Shown here one piece after another: positions 40,345-51,830 of a DNA stretch of 64,000 nt. How positions within the stretch are numbered: position 1 is the stretch's first letter; each line of letters starts with the position of its first letter. The translations under genes and the position numbers were made by a program. Source of the DNA: an uncultured delta proteobacterium (lineage in GTDB: Bacteria; Myxococcota_A; UBA9160; SZUA-336). Location: contig CAVPHD010000004.1 in NCBI GenBank assembly GCA_963704165.1, positions 32,001-96,000 on the forward strand, written 5' to 3'. The notes beneath the pieces were generated by a model. That model saw only the letters and a list, made by a program, of their open reading frames with translations. It was not told where the DNA came from and did not search any database.

Positions 40345-41892
40345 GTGAAGAACAACCTCGGACTCTTTCTCGCCAAGCGCGCGTATCTGAACCCGAGCCT
40401 CGAGGCGTTCGTCGACACGCATTCGGGACGGCGCTTCAGCTTCGCGGAGCTCGACGCGCGCGCGAATCGCACGGCGAACTTCCTCGCGAGCGAACTCGGC
40501 GTCCGCAAGGGCGACCGCGTCGCGCTCCTCTTGATGAACAGCCCCGAGTTCATGGAGAGCTTCTTCGCGATCGCCAAGCTCGGCGCGGTCTGCGTGCCGC
40601 TGAACTGGCGTCTGGTGCCGGCCGAGCTGCAGTTCATCCTGAAGGACGCCGGCGCGACCACCGCGATCTACGGCGGGGAATTCGCGCAGACGGTCGCCGA
40701 GCTCGAGAAGCTCGGGCCCGCCACCGACGTGAAGCACTGGGTGCAGGTCGGCGGCGCCGAGAAGCGCGCGCGCTTCGCGGTGGACTACGACGCAGTGCAG
40801 CGCGCCGCTTCCGCGGAGCAACCGGAGGTCACCGCCTGCGACGACGACCTGCTCTACATCATGTACACGTCCGGCACGACGGGCCTGCCCAAGGGCGCGA
40901 TGCACACGCACTCGACGGCGATGTGGGGCGTGCTGACGATTGCCGCGACCGCGGAGATGCGCTTCAAGGACCGCTATCTCGTCTCGCTTCCGCTCTTCCA
41001 CGTCGGCGCCCTGACGCCGATCACCGGCAACGTCTACCGGGGCGTGACCAGCGTCGTGATGCGCGCGTTCGATCCGACGAAGGCCTGGGAGCTGATCCAG
41101 TCCGAGAAAGTCACCGTCGCGCTCAAAGTGCCCGCGATGCTGAACTTCATGCTGCAGACCTACGACGCCAAGAAGTACGACATCTCGACGCTGCGCTGGA
41201 TCATGAGCGGCGCCGCGCCGGTGCCCGTCACGTTGATCGACGCCTACGCCAAGCTCAACATCGAGGTCCACCAGGTGTACGGGCTGACGGAGAGCTGTGG
41301 CCCGGCCTGCCTGATCGGGCCGGACGAGGCGATCGCCAAGGCCGGCTCGACCGGAAAGCCGTTCTTCCACACGGACGTGCAAGTCGTGAACGCAAACGGC
41401 AAGGAGATCTCGGCGGGCGAGCAGGGCGAGGTGATCATCCGCGGCGCGCACGTGATGACGGGTTACTGGAATCGGCCCGACGCCACCGCCGAGACGATCG
41501 TGAACGGCTGGCTGCACTCCGGTGACGTCGCCACCGTCGACAAAGAGGGCTTCATCTACATCCAGGATCGGATGAAGGACATGATCATCTCGGGCGGCGA
41601 GAACGTGTACCCCGCGGAGATCGAGAACGTGATCCTCGCGCACCCGAAGGTCGCCGAGGTGGCCGTGATCGGACAGCCGAGCGCGAAGTGGGGCGAATCC
41701 GCATTCGCCGTCGTCGTAAAGTCGGATCCGTCGCTGAGCGAGCGCGAGGTGATCGACTGGTGCGCCGGCAAGCTCGCGCGGTTCAAGCAGCCGCGCGCCG
41801 CGGGTTTCATCGAGACGATCCCGCGAAATCCCTCCGGAAAGGTGCTGAAGCGGCTGCTTCGCGATCAGTTCCCGGGTCCGGCGCCCGAGTAG
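40345..41892 (+). CDS. Long-chain fatty acid--CoA ligase
   Basis: YTSGTTGLPKG, YGLTE, GWLHSGD, GGENVYP, PSGK. Confidence 0.92.
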   Translation: MKNNLGLFLAKRAYLNPSLEAFVDTHSGRRFSFAELDARANRTANFLASELGVRKGDRVALLLMNSPEFMESFFAIAKLGAVCVPLNWRLVPAELQFILKDAGATTAIYGGEFAQTVAELEKLGPATDVKHWVQVGGAEKRARFAVDYDAVQRAASAEQPEVTACDDDLLYIMYTSGTTGLPKGAMHTHSTAMWGVLTIAATAEMRFKDRYLVSLPLFHVGALTPITGNVYRGVTSVVMRAFDPTKAWELIQSEKVTVALKVPAMLNFMLQTYDAKKYDISTLRWIMSGAAPVPVTLIDAYAKLNIEVHQVYGLTESCGPACLIGPDEAIAKAGSTGKPFFHTDVQVVNANGKEISAGEQGEVIIRGAHVMTGYWNRPDATAETIVNGWLHSGDVATVDKEGFIYIQDRMKDMIISGGENVYPAEIENVILAHPKVAEVAVIGQPSAKWGESAFAVVVKSDPSLSEREVIDWCAGKLARFKQPRAAGFIETIPRNPSGKVLKRLLRDQFPGPAPE

Positions 41893-42905
41893 GGCGAAGC
41901 GACACCCGCGCGCGTCACCTGCCAGACGGCGACCGGCTTCGCACGCGCGCGGCCGAGCGGGAGCCAGCCGCCGACCCGGTACAGGGTGATGCGCAGATGC
42001 GGCTCGGTGCCGGTCTCGATCAGGTCGATGCGCGCAAAGCCGGTCGCGGCGAGCCGGAATCGTTCGCCTGTCACGCGGTGCTCGCTGCTCTCGGCTTCGG
42101 AGCCTCCACCCGAGACGATCTGAAGCGCCGGCGCCGTATTCCCCGGCACGCCGACGCGCAAGCTGTGAAGGTGCCCCGCCAGCAGAAGCTGTACCGGCAG
42201 GCCCGCAGCGGCGATCGCGTCGGAGATCGCCCGCGACGGCGCGTCGTCTTCGAGCGGGTGGTGCGTGACGAGAATCCGGAACGCCCCGCGCGACTCCCGA
42301 AGTGCGTCGATCAGCGGCGTCAGATCGTCGGTGCGCCGGAGACGCGTGGAGTCGTAGAGGACCAGGGTGACTCCGTGGGGGAGCTCGATCCGCTCGATCG
42401 GATCGGCCGCCACGCGCCAGTTCGATACGTAGCGGGGCACGACCCTTCGTTGCAGCGTCGCGCTCTCGGGCGAACCGTGGTCGTGGTTTCCCAGCACGGC
42501 CAGGAGTGGAACGTGTGGACCGGGCGACTTCTCGCCGGCGCACGCTTCCGCGACGCGCGCCGAGTCGGGACCCGAAAGCTCCGCAAAGTGACAGTACGGC
42601 CGAACGAGGTTCGTACGCACGCGCGCCTCGAGCTCGAAGGCCTGGAGGCCCCGCGGGTAGAAATTGTCGCCGAGAAAGAGCAGCGCGTCGGCGTGGTGCC
42701 GCTCGTCCTCGAACGCGAGCGCGTCGCCGACGTTCCGCTGTCCGCTTCGGAAGTCCGGCCATCCCGTCGGTTGCCCCGTGTCTCCGAGCGCCAGGAGCGA
42801 CAGGCGCGGTGGCGCGACGTTGCGGTCTTCGAGCACGAGTGGCGCGCAGGCGATGAACAGAATCGCCGTCGATGCGGCGATTCCGGCTGCGAGGCTGGAC
42901 CTCAT
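41865..42905 (-). CDS. Metallophosphoesterase, probable lipoprotein (acid-phosphatase-like)
   Basis: Lipobox-like FIAC; GDTG, GDNFY, GNHD, THHP, GHLH. Confidence 0.8.
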   Translation of the reverse strand: MRSSLAAGIAASTAILFIACAPLVLEDRNVAPPRLSLLALGDTGQPTGWPDFRSGQRNVGDALAFEDERHHADALLFLGDNFYPRGLQAFELEARVRTNLVRPYCHFAELSGPDSARVAEACAGEKSPGPHVPLLAVLGNHDHGSPESATLQRRVVPRYVSNWRVAADPIERIELPHGVTLVLYDSTRLRRTDDLTPLIDALRESRGAFRILVTHHPLEDDAPSRAISDAIAAAGLPVQLLLAGHLHSLRVGVPGNTAPALQIVSGGGSEAESSEHRVTGERFRLAATGFARIDLIETGTEPHLRITLYRVGGWLPLGRARAKPVAVWQVTRAGVASPYSGAGPGN

Positions 42906-43015
42906 CGGGTGCCCACTGTGCCCGGCGCCGCGCGACATGAGGGGATCATGAGATCCTTTTCATCCGGCTCGAAGGGTCTTGGGTGGGCGATTCGCGTGGT
43001 CGATCTTCCCGCCAA

Positions 43016-44899
43016 ATGGAACGCCGCCTCTCACGCACGCTAGCGACCTACTTCACGCTCAGCTATGGCGCGGTGCTCGCGACCCTTCTGCCGTTTCTGC
43101 AGGCCGCCGCGCGCGGCGATGCGATCGCGGTCGCCTTCGCGCTCTCGGTCTACCTGACGTACGCGGTGCTCTACCTGGCGCCGATCATCGCCGCCACGTA
43201 CGCGCTGTACGCTGTGCTCGGGCTCATGCGCGTGAAGCGCGTGCAGACGCTGGTCACCGGCGGGATGGCCGTGTGCGGCACGGCCCTGCTGGAGGTCTGC
43301 CTGTACGCGGACGGGCGCTTGTATCAGCTCTACGGCTTTCACCTGAACGGCATGGTCTGGAATCTCCTGACCACCCGCGGCGGCGTGGAGTCGCTCGACA
43401 GCGGAGAGGCGACGCTCGCGAGTTTCGCCACGGTCGCGCTCGGCTTCTGGATCCTGCAAGCCGGGCTCTTGTTCTCGTCACACCATTGGTTCGGTGGGTT
43501 CGCATCAGCGCGCTTCCTCAGGTTCCGCCGGGTCCGCTTCGCACTCCTCGCGCTCGTAGTGCTGGTCGGATTCGAGCACTCGACCTACGCGTTCGCTTAC
43601 GCGACGCACGACGCTTCGGTTTTAGCGGCGGCCGAGAAGTTCCCGTACTACGTGCCGACACGCGCGCGAGAGATGAGTTCTCTTCTGGGCCTCGGGGTCG
43701 CCGAGGGCTCCGCCCCGACAGTCGAGCCCTCGACCGGCCGGATCCACTACCCGCTGCACGAGATCGAGCGCGAGCCCCACCGCGCGTACAACATCGTCTG
43801 GCTCGTCGCCGAATCCTTGCGTGCCGACGCGCTGGATGTCGGGATCATGCCCGAGACCTTCGCGTTCGCGAATCGGTCGCAGTGGTACCGGACCCACTAC
43901 AGCGGCGGAAATTGCACGCGGATGGGGGTCTTCTCGATGTTCTACGGGCTCCATGGCGCCTACTGGTTTCCGTTTCACGATCAGGAGCGAGGACCGGTCT
44001 TGATGGACGTGATGATCGACGATGCCTACCAGTTCGACCTGCGCACCAGCGCCAGGTTCAGCTATCCCGAATTCGACGAGACCGTTTTCGCTCGAGCGCC
44101 GCGCGAGCGGATGCACGAGGCGGCCGACAAGCCAGGTTGGCGATCGGATGAGGTGCACGTCGGTCGAATGCTCGACTTCATCTCGGCGCGAGACCCGAAG
44201 CGTCCGTTCATGACGTTTCTCTTTCTCGAGTCACCGCATGCGCGCTACCAGTTCCCGCCCGAGTCGGTGATCCGACGGCCGTACCTGGAACAGGTGAACT
44301 ACGCGACGATGGATCTGGCGCGTGACGTCGAGCTGATCAGGAATCGGTACCTCAACTCGGTCCACCATCTGGACGGGCAGCTCGGGCGGGTCTTCGCCTA
44401 TCTCGACGTGAATGGACTGCTCGACTCGACGATCGTCGTCGTGACCGGAGACCATGGCGAGGAGTTCATGGAGAAGGGCCGGTGGGGCCACGGTTCGGGT
44501 TTCAGCGAGGAGCAGACGCGCGTGCCGCTCGTTCTCCGGATCCCCGGGCGACCGCCCGCGCAGATCGATCGCATGACGAGCCATCTGGACATCGCCCCGA
44601 CTCTCTTGAGCCTGCTCGGCGTGGTGAACCCTTCGAGCGACTACTCACTCGGCCTCGACCTGCTCGACGGCCCCGAGCGTACCTCGACGGTCGTGAGCGG
44701 CTGGAACGAGCTTGTGATCATCGCCGACGATCACAAGATCGTCTTCCCGGTCGGCAGGTTCGATGGGTCGCTGCGCAGCCGTGTGACGACCCGTGAGGAC
44801 GCCGATGTCAGCCTCCCGGAGGTCGTGCTGTCCGGGAATCGACCTCGCGTCCTCGGGCTTCTGAGCGAGCTGCGTCGATTCGTCGGATCGAGAAGCTGA
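43016..44899 (+). CDS. Membrane-anchored sulfatase-like protein (DUF3413; YejM/PbgA-like)
   Basis: About five N-terminal TMs; YGFHLNG; SGGNCTRMGVFSMFYG; TGDHGEEF; TSHLDI.PT. Confidence 0.82.
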   Translation: MERRLSRTLATYFTLSYGAVLATLLPFLQAAARGDAIAVAFALSVYLTYAVLYLAPIIAATYALYAVLGLMRVKRVQTLVTGGMAVCGTALLEVCLYADGRLYQLYGFHLNGMVWNLLTTRGGVESLDSGEATLASFATVALGFWILQAGLLFSSHHWFGGFASARFLRFRRVRFALLALVVLVGFEHSTYAFAYATHDASVLAAAEKFPYYVPTRAREMSSLLGLGVAEGSAPTVEPSTGRIHYPLHEIEREPHRAYNIVWLVAESLRADALDVGIMPETFAFANRSQWYRTHYSGGNCTRMGVFSMFYGLHGAYWFPFHDQERGPVLMDVMIDDAYQFDLRTSARFSYPEFDETVFARAPRERMHEAADKPGWRSDEVHVGRMLDFISARDPKRPFMTFLFLESPHARYQFPPESVIRRPYLEQVNYATMDLARDVELIRNRYLNSVHHLDGQLGRVFAYLDVNGLLDSTIVVVTGDHGEEFMEKGRWGHGSGFSEEQTRVPLVLRIPGRPPAQIDRMTSHLDIAPTLLSLLGVVNPSSDYSLGLDLLDGPERTSTVVSGWNELVIIADDHKIVFPVGRFDGSLRSRVTTREDADVSLPEVVLSGNRPRVLGLLSELRRFVGSRS

Positions 44900-44932
44900 A
44901 CGGGCGAGCGTCCATTCGGTTAGACTGAGCCG

Positions 44933-47320
44933 ATGCGACGATGGAATCCTCTCCCGCTGGTAGTTCTGTGCCTCTTTGCGGTCCCCGGCGCACATGCCGC
45001 TCAGCTGATCCTGAACGAGTTCAACGCCGTCTCGTCGTCGAACTACCTGAACGGCGGGACGCTCGGAGCCGACCTCGATGGCGGGCAGGCATCGGACCCG
45101 GCTTTCGGGCGCGTGCTCGGAAACGGCGGCGACTGGTTCGAGCTCGTCGTCGTCGCCGATCACCTCGACGCACGCGGTTGGAAGCTCGCGATCTGCGACA
45201 ACGGCGTCTGCGATGAAGAGCTCGTCTTCAGCCAGAACGCGCTCTGGTCGGATCTGCGAGCGGGAACGATCATCACCGTGGCCGAGGACGTCGCCACCGA
45301 CGTCAGCTACGACCCGGCGGGTGGTGACTGGACGATCAACGTCCAGGCCATCGACGCCGGTCCGGCCGACTACATCACGCCGAACAGCTTCCCCGTCTCG
45401 AACGACAACTGGCAGCTGACGATCCGCACCGCCGCGGACGGGCTCGTCTTCGGCCCGGCGGGCGAGGGGCTGGCACCGGACCCGGCGACCGGCTGCAACC
45501 CTCCACCGGTCGGTGTCAACAGCCGCGAGGTGTTCAAGCTCGAGACCGCGCCGAGCGCGCTCGTCGAGCGCTGCTCGCAATCGTACAACGACGGCACGAC
45601 CAGCAGCTTTGCGGCGGCGAACGCATGGAGCGGTGGAGCGCAGATCCAGGATCTCTCGGCGCTGCGGCTCGGCCTTCCGATTCCCGATCGCGACACCGAC
45701 GGCATTCCGGACGACGGCGATCGCTCCGGCATCGTCGGCGACGCTCCGTGCACGGGCGGCGCGACCGCGAGCTGCGACGACAACTGTCCCGGCGAGCCCA
45801 ATCCGGGCCAGGCCGACACCGGGGGTGTCGCACCGGAGGGATCGAACGGGATCGGTGACGCGTGCGAGTGTGGAGACGTCGACGACGACGGCGACGTCGA
45901 CCCGGCGGATCGCCAACAGCTGCGCGAGAAGCTCTCGGCGCAGATCGTCGACGTCACGGCCCCTGCCAAGTGCGGTGTGGTGAACGACGGTGCGTGCAAC
46001 GTCGCGGACGCATCCGTCATCCAGCGCGCCACGGACGGCCTCGCGCCCGGGATCGCGCCGGCCTGCGCCGCGGCCGCCCTGCCAGCCGATCCGGCCGCGC
46101 TCTGGTTCGATCCGGATCGCCTGCTCGAGATCGAAGTCACGATGCAGAAGGCGGACTGGGACGCGATGCGCGTGCAGGCGCGCGACCTCTACGCGGTCTT
46201 CGTCACGCCGACCTGCGGGGATGAGCCGTTCGCCAGTCCCTACACGTTCTTCCACGGTGACGTGGTCGTCGACGGACAGCCGCTGAGCGATGTCGGCGTC
46301 CGCAAGAAGGGTTTCTTCGGCTCGCTCTCCGATACGAAGCCATCGCTGAAGCTCGACTTCGGCGAGTTCGTGTCGGGCCAGCGCCTCGAGGGTCTCGATC
46401 GGATGACGCTGAACAACGCGCTCCAGGATCCGGCCTACGTGAAACAGTGTCTCGGCTACGCGATCCTGGCCGAGGCCGGAATTCCCGCGCCGCGATGCAA
46501 CTACGCGCGTGTGACCGTGCACACCATGGACGGCGCGGTGCAGGCGACGCCCATCGACGGTCTCCTCTACGTCAACGTCGAGTCGATCAAGGAGCCGTTC
46601 CTCGGCCGGGTCTTCGGAAACGGAACGGGCCGGCTCTACGAGGGCACGCTCTCCGACTTCTGGCTGAAGGGGACGCCCACGACGGGCGAGCCGTGGCGCA
46701 ACACGATCGAACCGAAATCGGACGCGGCTGCGGCAGATCAGAGCGAGGTCGATGCGCTGACCGCCGCGCTCGTCAACACCACCTACACCAACGCGGAGCG
46801 TCGCGCGGCGATCGAGGCGGTGATCGATCTCGACGCCTACCTGACGTTCTGGGCCGGTGAGGGGCTGATCGGTCACTGGGACGGCTACGCCGACGACCAG
46901 AACAACTTCTACTTCTACGTGCAGCCGCAGGACGGCAAGATCCACTTCATTCCCTGGGGTGCGGACGATACGTTCGGGCGCGGCAATCCGCTCGGAGGCC
47001 GCACGGGGGATCTGGTCCACTGCCAGGCGATCGTGCCTCGATCCGCGCTCGCGCGCCGACTCTACGCGATGCCCGAGACGCGCGCGTTGTATCTCGGCCG
47101 GCTGCAGCTCCTTCTCGACACGATCTGGAATCCGACGGCGCATCTCGCCGAGATCGACCGGATGCAGGCGCTGATCGAGCCGGTGACCGGCCCGCTCACG
47201 TCGCAGCTCGCGCCGATCCGCACCTGGATCGACGACCATCGCGCGCGCGTTCAGGCCGAGATCGACACACCGCCCGTGGGCTTCGCCGTACAACCGGACC
47301 ACTTCTGCTACTTCGACTGA
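44933..47320 (+). CDS. Secreted CotH-kinase-family protein with N-terminal LTD-like, TSP3-like and dockerin-like modules
   Basis: ILNEFNA...DWFEL; DTDGIPD...DNCP..PNP.QAD; VGVRKKG, KPSLKLDF, HWDGY, NNFY, FIPWGAD. Confidence 0.8.
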   Translation: MRRWNPLPLVVLCLFAVPGAHAAQLILNEFNAVSSSNYLNGGTLGADLDGGQASDPAFGRVLGNGGDWFELVVVADHLDARGWKLAICDNGVCDEELVFSQNALWSDLRAGTIITVAEDVATDVSYDPAGGDWTINVQAIDAGPADYITPNSFPVSNDNWQLTIRTAADGLVFGPAGEGLAPDPATGCNPPPVGVNSREVFKLETAPSALVERCSQSYNDGTTSSFAAANAWSGGAQIQDLSALRLGLPIPDRDTDGIPDDGDRSGIVGDAPCTGGATASCDDNCPGEPNPGQADTGGVAPEGSNGIGDACECGDVDDDGDVDPADRQQLREKLSAQIVDVTAPAKCGVVNDGACNVADASVIQRATDGLAPGIAPACAAAALPADPAALWFDPDRLLEIEVTMQKADWDAMRVQARDLYAVFVTPTCGDEPFASPYTFFHGDVVVDGQPLSDVGVRKKGFFGSLSDTKPSLKLDFGEFVSGQRLEGLDRMTLNNALQDPAYVKQCLGYAILAEAGIPAPRCNYARVTVHTMDGAVQATPIDGLLYVNVESIKEPFLGRVFGNGTGRLYEGTLSDFWLKGTPTTGEPWRNTIEPKSDAAAADQSEVDALTAALVNTTYTNAERRAAIEAVIDLDAYLTFWAGEGLIGHWDGYADDQNNFYFYVQPQDGKIHFIPWGADDTFGRGNPLGGRTGDLVHCQAIVPRSALARRLYAMPETRALYLGRLQLLLDTIWNPTAHLAEIDRMQALIEPVTGPLTSQLAPIRTWIDDHRARVQAEIDTPPVGFAVQPDHFCYFD

Positions 47321-47339
47321 TCGGAGCTATGCTCGCGGC

Positions 47340-48557
47340 ATGACGTTGCGCGTGATCGACCCGGAGCTCTTTGCCGTCACCGCGGACAGCGTCACTCTCT
47401 CGTTCGTGGTCGCCGACGACGCGGGTCCAGTCGACGCCCGCGCCCGCGTGCTGCTGAACGGAGTGCCGAGCGCCGTCTCCGAAGGCCATGCCGGCACGCG
47501 GCTGGTCCGGATCGAGGGACTCGCACCGGGCACCGAGTACGCGCTCGCGATCGAAGCCGACGGCGGCGCGGCGTCCGAGCCGAGCCGCTACCTGCCCGAG
47601 AGAGTGCGCACGCTCGAAGCCCCACGTGGCAAGCTCGTCGCGCGCTTCGCGACGCTGAACGACCTGCACTTCGGCGAGCCGCATTTCGGCGGCGTGATGA
47701 CCGAAGACCACGAGTACGGTGACGCCGCGCCCGGCTCTCCGCTCGTGCGCGACACGGAATCCGACGTCCCGTACTGGCAGATGATGAACGACGACGCGGT
47801 CGCCGACATCAACGCGTCGGGCGTCGACGCGGTCGTGATCAAAGGCGACATCGCGGACCGCGGTCTGCGTTCGCAGTTCGAGCTCGCCGCGCGGACCTTC
47901 GGGGGATTCTCGGCTCCGTGGCACGCCTTCCTCGGCAATCACGACCACTACGGCGTGCACCACGGCGAAGAGGTCGATGGCTACGCACTTCTGGGTCAGC
48001 CTCGCGCTCCACGCGCGTTCGACCTCGCAGGCTGGCGGCTCGTCCTGCTCGACACGGTCCTGCCGGGCGACCACCACGGGATCTTCCCGGAGGAGCGCCT
48101 GCGCTGGCTCGAAGACGAGCTCGACGGCTCGCGCGAGCGCGTGCAGCCGACGCTCGTGTTGACGCACCACCAGCCCGTGCCGCCCACGCACGCGAAGAGC
48201 TACCCGAATTCGATCGGCATCATTCCCGAGCACTCGACGCGCATCTTCGATCTGCTCGGTCGCAATCCGCAGGTGCAGGGCGTCCTGATCGGGCACACGC
48301 ACCGGAACCGGGTGCGCCGTTATCCCGCCTCGGGCTCGATCCCGTTCGTCGAGGTGAACTGCGTGAAGGACTACCCCGGCGGCTTCGCCGTGTACGAGCT
48401 CTACGACGACGGCACGTTCCGGCAGGAAGTCCGCCGCACGTCGAGCGCTCGCGCTCTCGCACACTCCACTCGCTGCCGGGATTTCTTCAAGGGCGGCTAT
48501 CGCGACTTCGCGCTCGGCACGCTCGCCGACCGCTGCTGGGTGGCTGGGGGCCGCTGA
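47340..48557 (+). CDS. Metallophosphoesterase (CpdA/Icc-like) with N-terminal Fn3-like domain
   Basis: NDLH, KGDI, GNHD, THH, GHTH. Confidence 0.82.
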   Translation: MTLRVIDPELFAVTADSVTLSFVVADDAGPVDARARVLLNGVPSAVSEGHAGTRLVRIEGLAPGTEYALAIEADGGAASEPSRYLPERVRTLEAPRGKLVARFATLNDLHFGEPHFGGVMTEDHEYGDAAPGSPLVRDTESDVPYWQMMNDDAVADINASGVDAVVIKGDIADRGLRSQFELAARTFGGFSAPWHAFLGNHDHYGVHHGEEVDGYALLGQPRAPRAFDLAGWRLVLLDTVLPGDHHGIFPEERLRWLEDELDGSRERVQPTLVLTHHQPVPPTHAKSYPNSIGIIPEHSTRIFDLLGRNPQVQGVLIGHTHRNRVRRYPASGSIPFVEVNCVKDYPGGFAVYELYDDGTFRQEVRRTSSARALAHSTRCRDFFKGGYRDFALGTLADRCWVAGGR

Positions 48558-48617
48558 GCTCGAGCCCCGGCCGCCGCGCTTCCGTCGATCGTCGTCGTGG
48601 CGTCGGGCGAGCGGCCC

Positions 48618-49199
48618 TCAGTCCGACACGAGATCCGCGATCAGCGACGCGCGTGAGGCGCCCGTGAGCTCGGCCGACGCGCGGTAGTTCGGATGCTCGA
48701 CGCGCAGCCGCGCGGAGGTCGCGGGATCGCAGAAGCTGCACGCGAGCTCGGGGCCGAGCGGGAAGCGCACGTACTGCACGGCGGAGATGCGATCCGCCTC
48801 GAACTGCTTGGCGTCGAAGGTCGCGCGCACGCTCTTCCCCGCCACGTCGAGGAAGACGTGCTCGTCGATGCCGACGAGCCGCTGGAGCTCGGACTTGATC
48901 TGCTGCGTCTCGGGGATCTCGATCATCAGCGTCGCCGAGAGCTCGTTCGCTCCGGGCACGAGCTCGTTGTACACCGCGATCTCGTCGAGGATCTTCTCTT
49001 CCTTCACGGCGCGCTCGGCCCGGAGCATCTCCTGGATCTGGAACAGGACGGTGTCGCGGTTCTCGAAGATGAACGTGAGCCGGTCACCGACGGCGACGCG
49101 GCGCGGGCGCTTCAGCTCGATCGTCCGCGTCAGGAACGCCTCGCGGATGCGCTCGTAGCCGGTCAGGTCGAGAACCTCGTCGCGAAGAACGCCTCTCAT
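48618..49199 (-). CDS. DUF3501-family protein
   Basis: [37 protein letters not shown]. Confidence 0.88.
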   Translation of the reverse strand: MRGVLRDEVLDLTGYERIREAFLTRTIELKRPRRVAVGDRLTFIFENRDTVLFQIQEMLRAERAVKEEKILDEIAVYNELVPGANELSATLMIEIPETQQIKSELQRLVGIDEHVFLDVAGKSVRATFDAKQFEADRISAVQYVRFPLGPELACSFCDPATSARLRVEHPNYRASAELTGASRASLIADLVSD

Positions 49200-50455
49200 T
49201 TCAGATCTCCAATGCCGTAGGCCTCGTGCAGCAACACGATCGGGTGTACGGCCTCCTTGCCGGTGCGTTCGCGAATGCGCAGCGCGGAGAGCGGGCAATC
49301 GGTGGCCACGCGCTCGGCTTCGGCGCCTTCGATCTCGAGCACGAGCTTTCCGGCGACCCTCTGGCTCTGCTCCCACCAGCGCGCCTTCATGCCCCAGGTG
49401 CCGTCGACGCCGGAGCAGGCGTCGATCATGCGGACGTCGTCGGAGACCAGTCCGAGCAGCTGCATCGAGCGGAAGCCGATGTTCTGCGCCTTCAGGTGAC
49501 AGGGCAGGTGGTACGCGATTCGGCCGAGCCGCTTCGGGAACTCGCGCACGAGCTTCTTCTCGGCCGCGAGGTTGAACAGGAACTCGCCGAGATCCTGCGT
49601 CGCATTCGCGACCGCCCGCGCATCGTCGGTACCGAGCAGCTCGGGGTATTCGTTCTTCAGCTGGTAGGAGCAGGTCGGGCCCGGGACGACGATCGGCACG
49701 CCTTCGCGAACCCGCGCGATCAGGCCCGCGACGACCTTCGCGGCGTTCTTCTTCGCGCTCTCGAGGTCGCCGCCGTGAAGGAACGGAGCGCCGCAGCACG
49801 CCGCGTAACCGCCCTCGACCGCGATGCCGTTGTGCTCGAGCACCTCGAGCGTCGCACGCGCGGTCTTCGCTTCGCTGTACTCGACGAAGCAGGTGGTGAA
49901 GAGGATCGCCCGCCCGTTCTCGCCCGACACGGTCCGGTGTCCCTGCAGATCCTTCGAGAAAGGCCGGGACTCGTAGGTCGGCATGATCCAGCGCCGGTCG
50001 ATTCCCGTCCCCTTCTCCATCAGGAGTCGAACCGCGCGGTTCTTGAACGCGGCATTGGTCAGCGAAGCGGTGAGACACGACGCCTTGCCCATCAGATCCT
50101 GCTGCGAGCCGATGCGTTCGGCGAGCGGGATCCCCTCCTCGCGAGCCTGAACGATCTTCGCGCGCGACATCAGCTTCGGGAAGTCCACCGCCCACTCGTG
50201 GGGCGGGTGATAGGGGCAGTGGTTGTAACAGAGCTTGCACTGGAAACAGAGATCGATGACCTCGCGGATCTCGGTCTTGGACAGCCTCGAGGCCTCGAGC
50301 TCGTGGGAATCGATCGCGTCGAAGAGCGACGGGAACGACGGGCAGAGCGGCAGGCAGCGCCGGCAGTCGTGACACTTCTCGAAGACGCGGACGAGCTCGG
50401 CGTCGAGCGCGTCGCGTTGCAGATACTCGCTGTCGTGGAGGCTCGCGTTCTTCAT
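49196..50455 (-). CDS. Rubrerythrin-associated Fe-S oxidoreductase (GlpC/HdrD-like)
   Basis: [18 protein letters not shown]...CP, CCG, PCH, CSG. Confidence 0.88.
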   Translation of the reverse strand: MKNASLHDSEYLQRDALDAELVRVFEKCHDCRRCLPLCPSFPSLFDAIDSHELEASRLSKTEIREVIDLCFQCKLCYNHCPYHPPHEWAVDFPKLMSRAKIVQAREEGIPLAERIGSQQDLMGKASCLTASLTNAAFKNRAVRLLMEKGTGIDRRWIMPTYESRPFSKDLQGHRTVSGENGRAILFTTCFVEYSEAKTARATLEVLEHNGIAVEGGYAACCGAPFLHGGDLESAKKNAAKVVAGLIARVREGVPIVVPGPTCSYQLKNEYPELLGTDDARAVANATQDLGEFLFNLAAEKKLVREFPKRLGRIAYHLPCHLKAQNIGFRSMQLLGLVSDDVRMIDACSGVDGTWGMKARWWEQSQRVAGKLVLEIEGAEAERVATDCPLSALRIRERTGKEAVHPIVLLHEAYGIGDLK

Positions 50456-50532
50456 GGCGCTCCCGCGTGGCCGGATGTGGGGCGGACGGGGTGGGCGCCC
50501 TCGCGCTCCACCCCGTCGTGCTCATTTCGAGA

Positions 50533-50958
<426 letters not shown>

Positions 50959-51417
50959 TCAGTTCTCCTTCGTGACCCGGTTACGGGAAGAGGCCGCCGC
51001 GTTCGAGCCGTGCAACTCGCACGCCTCGCAGAGGCCGTAGAAGTCGATGCGGATCCTGCGCGCCGTGCGGCCGCGCGCGCGGCGCAGCTTGCGCGCGAGC
51101 GCGGGCGGCGCCTGCAGGTGGAGATCGTCGATCGCACCGCAGGCGTCGCAGATGAAGTGGTGGTGGGGCCTGGGATTCCCGTCGTAGCGCAAGCCGCCAC
51201 CCGCGCACGGGACCTCGTCGATCTGCCCCTCCGAGACGAGCACCTCGAGGTTCCGGTAGACGGTGCCGAGCGAGAGGTTCGGCAGCTCGCGCACCAGCGC
51301 CTCGTGCGTCTGTGACGCGGTCGGATGTGACTCGTTCCCGCGCAGCCACTCGAGGATGCGGGCGCGCTGCTTCGTCTGGTGGCGGCGCTTCGCGTTCTCG
51401 GGGGGGCTCGAGGTCAC
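50959..51417 (-). CDS. Fur-family regulator, PerR-like
   Basis: [35 protein letters not shown]. Confidence 0.9.
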   Translation of the reverse strand: MTSSPPENAKRRHQTKQRARILEWLRGNESHPTASQTHEALVRELPNLSLGTVYRNLEVLVSEGQIDEVPCAGGGLRYDGNPRPHHHFICDACGAIDDLHLQAPPALARKLRRARGRTARRIRIDFYGLCEACELHGSNAAASSRNRVTKEN

Positions 51418-51424
51418 GAACCGC

Positions 51425-51476
51425 AGGATACCCGCGGCTCCCTCGGGGTGCAACTCGTTTCAGGAATAATTCCTGA
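51425..51476 (-). promoter_or_regulatory. Sigma70-type promoter with upstream perfect palindromic operator
   Basis: TTGCAC-N17-TATCCT, 7 nt before the GTG; TCAGGAAT-A-ATTCCTGA at 51460-51476. Confidence 0.7.
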
Positions 51477-51493
51477 TTCTGATTTCGGCCGGA

Positions 51494-51830
51494 TCAGACC
51501 CCGGCTCGAAGCGCCAACCCGATGTCGATCGTGCGAACGCGGAGCGCGGAGACGACGGCCGCGGGTAGCAGGTCGGGCGGCACGAGTGCGGCGAATGCCG
51601 CGCAGATCCCGAACCCGAGACCGACACCGCAGAGCGAGGCCGCCGACGAATCCGCTGGAGATCGGGTAGATCGCATCGACGAAGCCGAGCAGCTCCGTGA
51701 GATCGAAGCTGCGAAATACGCCGTCGTCGTCGGGATCGAAGCCACCGCGACGCGCGAGACTCGCGGTGAATGCGCGGATCGCAACGCCAGCTCGAACTCC
51801 CGGGAATCCCGACGAGGAGACGCCCTTCGC
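51494..51830 (-). pseudogene. Possible degraded FtsX-like ABC permease C-terminal remnant
   Basis: Hydrophobic fragments in two or three frames ending LPAAVVSALRVRTIDIGLALRAGV. Confidence 0.25.
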
